Assembly: GCA_965649825.1 (NCBI GenBank)
Contig: OZ287704.1
Span: forward strand, 1,016,935 to 1,080,934
Direction: 5' to 3'
Source of the DNA: Penicillus capitatus
Taxonomy: Eukaryota; Plantae; Chlorophyta
DNA length: 64,000 bases
The translations under genes and the position numbers were made by a program. The notes beneath the pieces were generated by a model. It saw nothing but the letters and a program-made list of their open reading frames with translations. It was not told where the DNA came from and searched no databases. Within the stretch, counting starts at the first letter, position 1. The number at the start of each line of letters is the position of its first letter. Below are positions 11,119-22,780 of the stretch, piece by piece.

Positions 11119-14100
11119 TCACGTCGCATTAGATGATACGGACGATGATGTTTGGCGGCGCCGGCGCGTTAATCTATAAAGACCGAACATTGCAAGAATA
11201 CCCAGCAAAGCACTCCACTTGGACACAATGAGTGGAGGCGTCCAGTTCACAAAACCTACAACACCATTGTATCAATCTTTTTGTTGACATGGCAGATTAC
11301 CCTGAGGCACACCGAAGGTCAATACAGCAGATTTTTCACTGCTATATGGTGCTCTGCTCAAAAATAAAAAGCGTCGAAGACATTGTGTATGGTGAAGAAG
11401 GCATTACTTATTTGCTCCGAGGATGGATGATTGTTTGGCTGAAAATGGCTCCCCGAAGACATCCGTTACTTTTCTTCCAGAATCTAACAGGTCGTCTGAA
11501 CCTTTGTCTTCCAGTTCTTTTACCTCCATTAGGTCGTTGATCTCCATGATGGGATGGTTCATGTAGCACTGTAAGGGATGGCTCAGGACAAAAGAGAACT
11601 CTGTGAAGTTGACGTCTTCGATCGGCTGCGGAAGATCCTCTGCCTCCAGAGATGCCTTCAGTATGTGATCCTCGCCTGTCAGACTCTGCAGAAGGCTGTT
11701 GTCTTCGTTCTCGTTCACAAAGTCCAGCATCGCATCGAGCAGCTCGAAGCAGTGATCCGACTGGTAACTGGAGTCCAGGCAGTTGGAATCTCCGTAGACG
11801 GCCAGTCTGCCGTTCCCATGGGCGGTCAGGCCCAGAGTGTAGTAGTCGCCGAAGGAGCTGGTCTCCTTGGACGTTTCCTCCAGAGAGAAGTGGTGGGCAA
11901 AGCTGTCAGCAGGCAGCCTTACAATGTTGGCCCCAGAGGAGTACTTCACTCCGCGCTGGCCGCCGATCGCCTGGGTCCCTTTGAGGACGGCGTCCCCGAA
12001 GGCAATCCCAAACTGGCCAAGCAGGTCGTTCAGGCCAGGGATGTTGCCGCCTCCCGTGGCGGGAGTCCACCAGCTGCGCGTGTTGTCATCGAAGAAGCGG
12101 AAGTCCGTGGCCGTCTTGGCATTGTACCACTCGGCGAAGACGATGACGCCGAGTCCCTCTTCCCTCACATCCGCGGCCAGTTTTGCAACCTCCTCCGGAT
12201 AGAAGACGTCTTCGGAGTCGACGATCATCAGCGCCCCGTACTACAGCGAATGGAGTCAGCAGTGTGCCGGACGGCGTCCGGCAGGCAGGACCTGTGATGC
12301 GTTGAAGCAGGTGTAGGGAGAACCCAGGACCTCCAGGTAGTAACCCCTGTCTCGCAGGTGGTCGAACATGTCGTGGAAGTTGGTGTGCGGGTGGTCTCCG
12401 TGCCAGTCCAAGATGTCTCTCTGCACGTCGAGGTTGTCTCGCGGGAAGTAGGCGGGCGGATACTTGACGGAGTGGAACTGGTCCCAGAGCACCCTCTTCT
12501 CTCGGGGAGGCTTCGGAACGATCCTCGCCTTGAACGGCACTCGGACAGTGGACTTCCTCTCCCCCCTCTCGCCCTCGACCGGGGGAGCGACGACGGTGAA
12601 GCGGATCTCTCCCTCGGCGACGCCCGAGTAGGATCGTCCAGCGGACTGGACTCGGACGTAGACGGCCAGGTATCCCGACCAGGGCCACAGGACGTCGCTG
12701 TACTCGAAGTCCATGGAGACGAGCTCTCCTGCCTTGTTGGAGGGAGCGAACTCCGGCGCCCCTTCCAGGACGCCGGTGACGCTGATGCCGTTCAGGATCG
12801 TGGCGTTGACGATCACCGGGACGGCGTCGGCATAGAGAGGCTGCGAGCAGAGGGGCCACATGTAGGGGCAGTCGGTCAGATCCAGGCTGCCTGGAACGAG
12901 GGAGGCCCGGGGCTCGTAGCTCTGCAGGATCTGCATGGACCGGACGAGGTCGATCTTTCCGGCCCCCTGAACGTAGACCGTCTCGCCGTCCAGCCGAGAG
13001 GCGCCCTCGACCAGGGCCTGCTTCATCGAGGCCGGATTGAGCAGGCTCCACCGAGCGCCTTCGGGAACGGTGCTGGCCAACAGAGCCACAGCCCCTGCGG
13101 CGACGGGAGACGCCACGCTCGTTCCCGACAGGCTCTTGCACCCGTCCTGCATCCTCGAGCCGCTCACGTCCTGGGCGTATGCCAGCACATCCGGCTTGAT
13201 GCGACCGTAGCCGATCGGCAGCTCCCAGGTCGACATCCCCCTCGACGAGAAACGCGCCATGCGATCCTCGAAGGTGATACCTCCGATTCCGATGACATCG
13301 TTCTGATCAGCCGGGTTGTTCAGCGTCCCGTACAGAGGTCCATCGTTTCCGATGGCGGACACCATGATGATCCCACTCGATGTGACCTCCAGCACCTGCG
13401 GAGAGAAGAGGCATTGAGAACTGCGACTGCCTCTAGCGATCTCGCCTTCTCGACGAATGGTTGATCGAGGAAGTCCGGCCCGCCGATGCTCAGATTGACG
13501 ATCTGCATCTTCGAGACGATGGCGTAGTTGAAGGCGTCCATGAACCAGGACGTGTAGGAGACCTGGTCGTCCGTGAACACCTTGAACGTGTAGAGCTCGA
13601 CGTCCGGAGCGAATCCAAGACATCCATCGTAGATTCCGGCGATGACGCCGGCCACGAACGAGCCATGTCCCAATCCGTCGCTCAGCGTGTTCTGGTGGGT
13701 CCAGTTCGTGCGTTCCTTGATGTTCTTGACGTGGGGGTGGTTTGCTCGGATGCCGGTGTCGAAAACGCCCACCTTGACCTTTTCGCCCGAGTGTCCCAGA
13801 TTCCAGATCTCGTCCGCGTGCAGCATTCGCGTCACCGATCGGCGGCCGGTTTTTAAGAGGCTCCTCTTCCTCCTCAGCTCTGCCCGGTCTTCGGAATCCG
13901 ATCCATACGTGTAGTCGTCGTCCTCGCTGTCGATCCCGAAAGTCGGACGGGTACGGAATCGACCTGGAGGCTTCTGAATCTTGCACTCCCGATGTCCCTC
14001 TTCTTCCTCCGCGACGTGTGCCAGACTCCGGTGCAGCAGACGGTCTGGGTGGACGTCTCTGACAAAAGGCAGCTTGAGTATGCGTTCCTATACGACTCCG

Positions 14101-14462
14101 ACCTCCCACCAAGGTCCGCTGCGAAGTCGATTCAGATCTACCTGCACGGTTTCTGCAGAGGCTGTCTGGAATCGCACGACGCCGAAGTCTGTCGGAAACG
14201 AGGCAGCTGCGTTGTGTCGCTCGACCCATTTCCACTGCGACTCGTCGTCGCTTAAGACAGCTTCCAGTGCTCGTCTCCAGTGTGCTGCCCTCCGGTATTC
14301 GCGAAAGCGGACGATGTACTGCTGTCCTCCCTCAGAGATGTTCTCTGCACCTAGTTCACTCGAACAGGTACCTTCTTCGGTGGCTGACGATGACGTCAGG
14401 ATGGTTAGACGACTCCATAGCAACAGACAGAGCAAAGTATAGAAGCATCGATAAAGATGCAT
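11119..14462 (-). CDS. SBT6.1: Site-1 protease / subtilisin-like protease SBT6.1 (MBTPS1 ortholog)
   Basis: Signal peptide; catalytic D (VFDTG), H (LGHGSFVAG), oxyanion N (GNDG) and S (SGTSVASP); S1P-specific LWDQFHSVKYPP and DWHGDHPHTNF; C-terminal TM plus RRRR tail. Five introns, one GC-AG (13396-13445). Confidence 0.92.
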
Positions 14463-14860
14463 GCTACAGAATAGTCGACAACAGAATGGAACACGAAACG
14501 TTTCCAAAAATCAGGTCATGGACATTTGAATGTGCATATGGTCGTATCAAGCAAATCAGTCTATTTGTATGCTGTACGGTAGACATCCCGATCTTTAACA
14601 GACCGCTTCTGCCTGTACTTCCTTGCATGTAGACAAGCGGAAATTTGTTCTATACTCCTTAAGCTGATGTTATACTCTGCTGCGCGTCGCTTCCGATCAT
14701 CGAAGATTCCTCGGAAGAAGCCTCAATTCGTTTCATTTTATCTTGTTTTGTTCGCGTTCAGTTTTGCCTCTTTCTCTAACATTCCTTTTCGCCTAGCTTC
14801 CAATCCTTCGAACGCTCCTCATTTCATCTTCCTCCCGTATCGTTAAGAGGGCCGCCTTAC

Positions 14861-15805
14861 CAGAACATCGATGGTCAGACTGAAGGCAGCTGTAATGTAA
14901 GCGGGTGTCAGATTCGTTTTTGGAAACAAGGTAGACCACAGAGCATGGACAAAGAGACTTAGGCCAAGCACAGAGAGAGATGTTTCCCACAAACGGATGA
15001 CCCATGGAGCACGCAACTCCATTTGAGAGATATCCCTGTCCAATCACGCACTGACGCCTGTCACATCAATCACGGCATTGCTTACCGAGTGCGACCGTGC
15101 CGTTGACAAAGGCGCTGATGAGAATGAAGATGAAGACGCCTGTCAGTGTGGCACCATCCAACAGACTAGCCATGTAGATCTATACATCCACGCCGTCGCC
15201 GAGTCAAGAGGGCGGCTGTCGATGGAGGACGGTTAGGCCGACTTGCACAGGTAAGATAAAATTGCTGATAACGCCAATTGTTTGGACGAGCGCCGCTCCA
15301 AATTCTCGTTTCTTGAAGAAACAGCTCATCAGAATGGAATTTGCAGCAGGTGCCGTCAAGAAACCCTAGTCCACACATACATGCCTTCCCTTGACATTTG
15401 CTTGAACAGAGGCAGCTTCCATGACAGGACAGAAAGGGCAAGCAGATTTCCGTTTCTCAAGTGAATAGCATTCGTTCGCAATTGCGGTAGCGAGAGGAAG
15501 AGGAAAGGGAATGTCGAGAGCTGAACGAGATCGTTCGTTGTTTTCGACCACCAATCCTTCTGATCGTCATCATCTACATCCTCATCGCTGTTCGAGTAGC
15601 GCGTCTTCTCACAGTTCTCTTCTGTACAAACATAGCTCTCCCTGTTCGACAGCGCTGCACTCTTCTGTCGACTCATCGATACCACAACACTGGACTGAAA
15701 CAGTCGAACACGGCACTTTGCCGCTTCCAGACGCGAAGCGCGTTCTTTCGCGTAACAACTGCAGCTTTTGATACAGGTGTTGGAGAGCAGACAGGTATCG
15801 GTCAT
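14861..15805 (-). pseudogene. MEX1: MEX1 plastid maltose exporter, N-terminal half only, with lesions
   Basis: Transit-like N-terminus, then PFLFLSLPQLRTNA..GNLLALSVLSWK|GFLT..NSILMSCFFKKREFGAALVQTIGVIS..Q|IYMA..RLWE..LGLS..LWSTLFP, collinear with MEX1 (PFLMLQLPQIILN..GN..ALSAVPWLGMLT..KKRE.EAA.VQTLGV). The intron 1 donor reads CT instead of GT, the frame breaks after intron 3, and the segment ends at a GTAAGG donor (14860) with no C-terminal exons downstream. Confidence 0.75.
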
Positions 15806-18800
15806 CTCTCCCCTACGTTGGTGTCGTCTTCGAGAGGGCCGCACAAGACGCTTTACTGCACAGCCGTATGGCGGCAGCCTGGGCGAGACACCTTTCAGCA
15901 CGATCGGAACGTGGGAGACATACCCAAAGTAGATCTCGAAGTGATCGTGGCACATGAAGTGGATGAGCTTGACTCTGAGCAGCTGTCCTGCATGGCCTCC
16001 GTCGGTCGGAATCTTCAAGTCGTAGCCCTGAACCGTTACTCTGTAGCGAACGCGATCGAATGCGTCTCGCGTACTTGCACTTTGCGTCGCGGCGCTGTGG
16101 CTTCCCCTTTGACCACCCAGTTGTATGCCGCCTTCGAACGGCCTTCGTGTTCATTCGAGTTTAACTCTGGACACGTAGACGCATCCATACGTACAAACGC
16201 ATGTGAGATCGGTCCTCTTTTTCTGCGAGAGGGCAATACCTGCTGGCTCGAGTCGTCGACGGGAGGCGCTTCGTGTCGATATGGGCCGCCTTGTCCGTTC
16301 GCGCTTGTGAGAACAGACGCTCGTCTCTTCGTCGAAGTCGTCCATCTTTAATGGCAAGTAACGTCACCGTCAATGCGTTCCTTGAGTCTTCTCCTGCCCA
16401 CGTGCAGCAATGTGACCCGTTACGCTTGTTTTGTCACAAATCGTCTTTGTCTACAATCACGCAAGACGTGGCTCTGAGCAGCTGTGATGCATTAAAAACA
16501 CTTTGGCTTCTACTTTCTAGAGAATTGTTAGCGCTGGGATAACTCGACAGCGGATGACATTGTGCTTCCCGACGGGCAACAGAGGGTTAGCGAGAAGGTC
16601 AGACATACACCGAAGGACGAAAGCGGAAAACAACGTTCTTTCTAAAAAGAGAAGGAAAACAACTGTTTGCAGAATAACCAATCGAAAGGTGAACAACTCC
16701 TCTAGATTCTTCGCATAGGTATGGTGAACATCGTCACCGAGTCGGAAATGGAATGCATACAATACTATACTTGGAGAGGCATACCTGCTTTGCAAAGTGT
16801 ATTAGCTGGCAACAGTCAAGTTGCGAGTGAAGATTTTTCAGAGTCCCATCGAAACACACATCGATGCCCGCCAGATAGTGTAACTAGCAATTCCTGAAAG
16901 GCCTCCTGGGTGGGGATATATTGAGCGACGCCGGACGGATTCCTTGTCATCGAATCGAACAGAAATTGTGGTGGCCAATGCCTATGAGGCAACTGTCAGA
17001 CAGACCATCCACGAGAACTCTTCTAATGACATGCCAATCGCTAGACACACAATTGTTAAGCACACGCGGTTCTGGCATGCACTGTCACGCATCCTCTGCC
17101 TTGCGGCGATCATCCACATCTTCTCAGCCATTGTCCAGGTAAGGCTGCTTCGAATTCTGTTACCATCTGAGCATTCGAGATTTCCAGCCGTCACTCCAGC
17201 TATAGAGAAGGAACGGGATCTAAGAGAACAAACTTGCCGATCTCGATGACACCGAGATCAGACTTTCCTCACAGACAGTCTTGCTGGACAGAAGCCACTT
17301 CTGTGGGCTTGACCTGTCTCCTGTCCGTGCCGCGAAGAGGCATTCCGTGTGCTCTCAACTCGACTCCATGTCAAAGGCCGTTGCCTCCGGCGCCTGTGAA
17401 GACAATCTCCGTTCCACTGAGCCTTGGAGCGCTGCCTCAACGCCAAGTCGACGACTCGTGGCACGCGCCTCACAGTGTAACCCATGTGCATCTTGGCCCT
17501 TGTCGTACAGGATCGGGGGTGAATTTGCCAACGGTCTCTGGAATTCACGGTTGCGTATACTGAATCTGTACGCGTCCCCCGCTTCAACGACGTCTGCTGA
17601 AGGTGCGAACCGACCCACTTACTCACTTCAGCAGGTTGCATTCTCGTCTTCAAGACTAACACACACCATTCCGTCGTCACATTTCTCAGTCTCTCAGTGC
17701 ATGAGCTTCTCCAGACGGCCCTGACAGAACTGGTTGGCCGTCTTTGGGTTACGATGGGAACTGCTCGACGACTGCTCTCGATGCACCTTCCCCTTTTCTT
17801 CAGTACATCCAAAAAGCACAGGTACCTATGGCTTGTGAAACTACTGTCTTGCCTTCTTAGGGATGGCGATGTCCTCATCCCTATTGAGAGGAATGGCATT
17901 GCTTCAGCTACACCACATCCGGCAGGGGGGGTACAATGATCCCGTCACAGAGTGTCTATTTCACATGAGACGGTGGCACACTTGACGCCGTCTCGAACTG
18001 TATAGCAGCCAGGTCTTTAGATGCAATGCAGTGCTTGTATTGCTCACACTGAGGAGACTGGCACATCGAGACGATCCCTCTTCGTGTAAACATTGCCTTT
18101 GGTTGCATTGCGAAGAGCTGTCTACCTTTTCACTGACGGGAGAGCATCAATGGTATAGAATGACGTTCTGAACTCGCATGTACTGCAAACAATCACACAT
18201 GTAACACAAATGTTCGTGTTATCCTCCAACACTCGCTCCAGTCTCTCACTGTCCTCTCTTCCTTTTCCAGGGATTCGGGAAATTGCTACGATGTGAGAGT
18301 GGTCTCTTCACCGCGTATTAACATTATAACGATCTAACGCGTGCACTCCGACGCTACTTTGACATCAGAGCTCCTCTGAATCTTAAAACGTGTTCACAGC
18401 ATCTGAGTTCGGCCATACAAAATATCCATAAATGTAAATCCGGTTATCTCGGCTGCTGCAACGATACTGGCAGGTAGGTCCTCTGCCGTATAACCAGCCA
18501 CCACTCCAGATCTCCACCTCAGAAAGCATGAGAAGATGATTGTATCATCGAACACTCTCATGCACATATCACTCGTCCTCTGCGCTGTTCCCGACCTAAA
18601 CTGTCTCTGAGCATAACTCTAGCAAATCAACTGCTCCAGAACACATCTGCTTTGCTAACCTGAAAAACACAAACGACTCAGATCTTTCGAGATCTCACTC
18701 TAATGCAGCGATTTCCAGGATTCTCTCACTTTTTACGCACTAGCGAACTGTCCTCGGCCAGAAGAGCGTATCTGCTAACATCCAAAATGCCAGAGTCGCA

Positions 18801-18872
18801 CCGGCCTGTCCGCAGCCCGACCGTCACTCTCCGAGCCCGTCACCCTGCGCAATACAACTGGACGAGCGAACA

Positions 18873-20695
18873 ATGTCGGTTGACAGCTTTCTTTCGCTGA
18901 GGGCCGCGCATGCGCCGCCACTCCGAGTGCCCATGCAGGACGACGACGGCTGCAGCTCGACTGCAGACGATGCTTCGGGGCTTCTGCGAGCGTCCAGCTC
19001 GATGGAGAAGGATGCCGACAGAAAGGAATCTGTGCCGCTGCTCTCCGGTGAACGACTTCTCCGGTTACTCGACCCCAACAGCCACCCACCCCCAGAGGCC
19101 AGAGACCTCTCACGTCCGTGTCTTCTGACCGTTAGTCGGCAACCGAGGCGGCAAAAGGACGTTCCCTTGAGGCGTCTGAGCTTCTATCGGTTTTCTGCGC
19201 GCGTTTCTACTCAACATGGACTGCGAGACCGCCACACCATGCGCAAACGACAGCAAGTACTCTTTCCCCGGAAAGAGGTAAGTGTTCTCCGTCATCAGAC
19301 GCTGCCGCCGAGACGCATTACGGCTTCTGCGTCACGGGCCGACTTTTCCCGCGCTATCGCGTTCAGGGAGAGCCTTTTCGCTCTGCGAACGCCGGAAGCC
19401 GCAGAAGCGCTAGTGGCTATCCGGTCGCTCAGTATGCGGCTCTTCCTGAACGCGATAGCGCATTGTTTCTGTCCATCCCTGCCGTCGCCCCCCCCCCTAC
19501 AGACACCCTGCAGTGCATCTAACCCCTTGTGTGCCTGCAGTTTTGCGGAAATGACCTTGGGGGAGGTCATGGGGAAACACCCCCCAGAGGGGTTCAGGGG
19601 GCTGCCGGACGAGGAGAGGCGAGAGTTGTTCTGGGTCTTGAAGGCCCAGTCAACGGAGGAGATGGCACCCAGGGACGAGCCATCTGGCTGGTTTGGCCCA
19701 CCGCCTGGCCAAACCAGCCAGGAAGCTACAATGAGAGCGCGCCCACGTCGTATTTCCGCAGAGGAACGACGTCGGCGCCTCTCTTCACGCCAGTCAGCTG
19801 GCAACGGCGTCCCGGAGGTAAGCCTAGATTCCACACACGACGCGACTCTTCATGTTCCTTCTGTTTTCCAGGACAATCCTCCATCGCTATCTGTGCCGCA
19901 GCCGCCATGCCTACCGCCGCAGACATCCGAGCATCAGGCTCCGCGGCCATGCCCACCGCCGCAGACATCCGCGCAACAGGCGCCGCCGCTGTTCCCGTCG
20001 CGGCCTTGCATGTATTCGTCGCCCTCGCCCTACCCAGTCTGGCCCGACGAGCTCTTGCCAGCGGCGCAGGCCTACGCGCAAGAGGCGCAGCCGCTTTTTC
20101 CCCGCGGCCATGCATGTTCTCATCGCCCTCGCCGCTGCCAGTCTGGCCGGATCATCTTCTGCCGGCGGCGCAGGCCTACGCGCATCTGGCGCAGCCGCCT
20201 TTTCCCCCGCGGCCATGCATCTTCTCCTCGCCCTCGCCGCTGCCAGTCTGGCCGGATCATCTTCTGCCGGCGGCGCAGGCATACGCGCATCTGGCGCAGC
20301 CGCTGTTCCCGTCGCGGCCTTACATCTTCTCCTCGCCCTCGCCGCTGCCAGTCTGGCCGGATCATCTTCTGCCGGCGGCGCAGGCCTACGCGCAAGAGGC
20401 GCAGCCGCTGTTCCCGTCGCGGCCATGCATGTTTTCATCCCCCTCGCCGCAGCCAGTCTGGCCAGATCATCTTCTGCCGGCGGCGCAGGCATACGCGCAT
20501 CAGGCGCAGCCGCTTTTTCCTCCGCGGCCATGCATGTTTTCATCCCCCTCGCCGCAGCCAGTCTGGCCAGATCATCTCTTGCCGGCGGCGCAGGCATACG
20601 CGCATCAGGCGCAGCCGCTTTTTCCTCCGCGGCCATGCATGTTCTCATCGCCCTCGCCCTACCCAGTCTGGCCGGAAGAGCCCTCTTTCTGTTGA
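18873..20695 (+). CDS. GC-rich Pro-rich protein with C-terminal 35-aa repeats; one -1 frame break near 20100
   Basis: The 705-aa ORF and the 388-aa ORF join at a 1-nt deletion at the end of repeat unit 1. An in-frame 54-nt GT-AG intron lies at 19818-19871. Many differences between repeat units are third-position in the MFSSPSP frame. No family recognised. Confidence 0.5.
20010..20680 (+). repeat. 105-bp tandem repeat, 6 full units plus a partial unit (MFSSPSPxPVWPDHLLPAAQAYAxxAQPLFPxRPC)
   Basis: Units start near 20010, 20114, 20219, 20324, 20429, 20534 and 20639. Confidence 0.95.
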
Positions 20696-21130
20696 GTTTT
20701 TTTTTCGTGGGGATGAAAAAAGTTTAAAAGAAATAAAAAGTTTTCTTTTGTTTTTCTGGGCGCGGTGTCTTGACTACTGCTGCTCTGCTGTTTTCTTTTT
20801 TGTGACTTTTGGAGCGTCTCTACATTCGTTTTCGTCATCGTGCACGGGACTGCATTGCCTATTCCTAATGTGTGCACGTTTATTGCGATCTGGATGTTAC
20901 GAGGGACCAGACCTAGCAACTAACGTTCTGTTTTGTTTTTGTTGTTTCAGCTGCTGCATAGCTGTTGTTTTGTGCTGGCGACATTTATAGATGGGAGATC
21001 GACTCTTATGTTTGTGCATTTCAGTAATAATTGCGGTCGGACATGTTTTTGAGCTGCGGCGGCTCATATGGCGGCGGCACATGCTTTTACTGTGTGGCGG
21101 GGAGTACATTTGAGTGGTCATTTCTGTTTT

Positions 21131-21417
21131 GTCCGGATCTGTGGAGGTGGATGTCGAGGTGTCCGGATCTGTGGAGGTGGATGTCGAGGTGTCCGGATCT
21201 GTGGAGGTGGATGTCGAGGTGTCCGGATCTGTGGAGGTGGATGTCGAGGTGTCCGGATCTGTGGAGGTGGATGTCGAGGTGTCCGGATCTGTGGAGGTGG
21301 ATGTCGAGGTGTCCGGATCTGTGGAGGTGGATGTCGAGGTGTCCGGATCTGTGGAGGTGGATGTCGAGGTGTCCGGATCTGTGGAGGTGGATGTCGAGGT
21401 GTCCGGATCTGTGGAGG
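21131..21417. repeat. Perfect 30-bp minisatellite (GTCCGGATCTGTGGAGGTGGATGTCGAGGT) x9 plus 17 nt
   Basis: Identical units read directly from the sequence; no spacers. Confidence 0.97.
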
Positions 21418-21969
21418 CTTTGTGGTATACAAAATGTGAGGTAGTGCTCCGTTTGCTGGAAGGACCTGGGATGAGTGATGAATCTGTCTCTACGACAGTG
21501 GCTGGGAGCAATACAGTATTCAGTTGATGGCACGGTAAATGACATCATGCTGAATCGATGTCTGGAGTAGAAGCTAATGAAGTGCCTTCTCTGCAGGGTG
21601 GTGGATGCATCAATGAGCTTTTTTCTGGAATACGAAATTGACAAACCGGATTCGCTTACCAAGGCATTCCGAAAACGAAGGAGATTTTGCAGCCCCTGAA
21701 GAATGAGGCGAGAATCGGCCAGCCAGAAATCATGTGAAACATCAAGGTACAGTTATCCTGTTATGACAATGGAATGTTTAGATCTATAATCAGATGCAAG
21801 AGGGGATTGGATCCTGTTGATACATTCCGAAGAGATGATATCCAGGAAGGAATGATCGGCGATTCAAGATCGTCATCCGACATCCTAAAGAGAATTCTGG
21901 ACATACAGCCCAGGACACTAAAAACAATGACCATTCCAGAAATGCAACAAGACTGAAGACATCTCCATT

Positions 21970-22780
21970 GAAGGACACAGTTTGGTTTTCGCGCACGACA
22001 GATACGTATTCACACATTCCTTTCTGCAAAGCTTGTGGACATTTATCTTACACGATGTTCCCCGTCCATCTGGGAATCTGAGGTTCCCAAAGAGGTCCTT
22101 TCATTTTAACATTTCGTGCTGAGTGGTGCTCTGTTCTGCAGAAAACTTCATTGTCCGAGAAAGATGACATGACGCGAAGAGCATGCAGAACACACCACAG
22201 TTTCCATCCTGCATAAGCTCGGTTGAATCAGCTGGAAGGTCTACATGCGCTCGGTTGAATCAGCTTCTGCAATTCGAGTTCGTCTGACCAAGGAGCCCCT
22301 TCGATGCGTACGTCAGCGCATAGCATGCTGCACTCACCAACACATTTCTCAAGGTAATCTGCAGATACTTCATGCTCCTTCCTTACACTTGATTCGACAG
22401 GCATTCAAAGAGGCAATTTCGAAGGAAGTGGTAGCAGTTGCTTGGATACACGACGGAGACTGTTTGATTGAGAGAAGATACTTTGGATGTAGTCTCTTCT
22501 ACAAGGCTTTTATTACCGTCTCATACGAGGTGATGGATGAGACACAAAGGCATCGATCGCAACGATGGTAGACATCATTGATGGATGAGACTGGAAATCC
22601 TGCATCTCGTAATGCTATGGCATCGAGTGTTCTCTGGTGTCTGGACTGGCAGAAAGGAGAAGAAGGCTTAGAACACAGACAACGACTGACGATGCCACTC
22701 TGGATTGAAGAGAGAGAGATCAATCCTGCATCGCCTAGGTTCATGCATTCGGACAACGATGGTGATTCAACCAGAGGCCG
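21970..22780 (+). mobile_element. Probable heavily decayed non-LTR (LINE/L1-like) reverse transcriptase remnant
   Basis: Collinear degraded motifs across frameshifts: AHDRY..FLQSLWTFILHDV (cf. PGPDG..F..W...DV), RIACC/LTNTFLKVI (cf. RPI.L.N...KVI), LIRQAF (cf. LI...Q.AF), FYKAFITVSYE (cf. D..KAFD.V), GLEHRQ (cf. GLRQG). No intact YADD. Confidence 0.4.

Noticed and set aside
11578-13464. Long + strand ORFs (239 and 368 aa) opposite SBT6.1
   Set aside because: Antisense shadow ORFs expected from the high-GC coding strand.
14766-14773. 8-nt microhomology GCCTCTTT shared with 27139-27146 as the MEX1 breakpoint
   Set aside because: Too short to exclude chance, and it would imply an ancestral intron much longer than usual here.
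15813-16357. Short ORFs on both strands upstream of the MEX1 N-half
   Set aside because: No recognisable motif, and the model needs a 34-nt intron below the usual size range.
16400-17950. Possible spliced gene or Ulp1-like protease relic (LPGQWL, HW..FDS)
   Set aside because: No consistent exon chain and no catalytic Cys motif; it may be a decayed gene but no call is supportable.
18500-18600. RT-like VFDDTIIFS on the minus strand
   Set aside because: Isolated motif; flanking RT motifs are absent or wrongly spaced.
21131-21417. CRISPR-like array
   Set aside because: The units abut with no unique spacers, there are no cas genes, and the context is eukaryotic.
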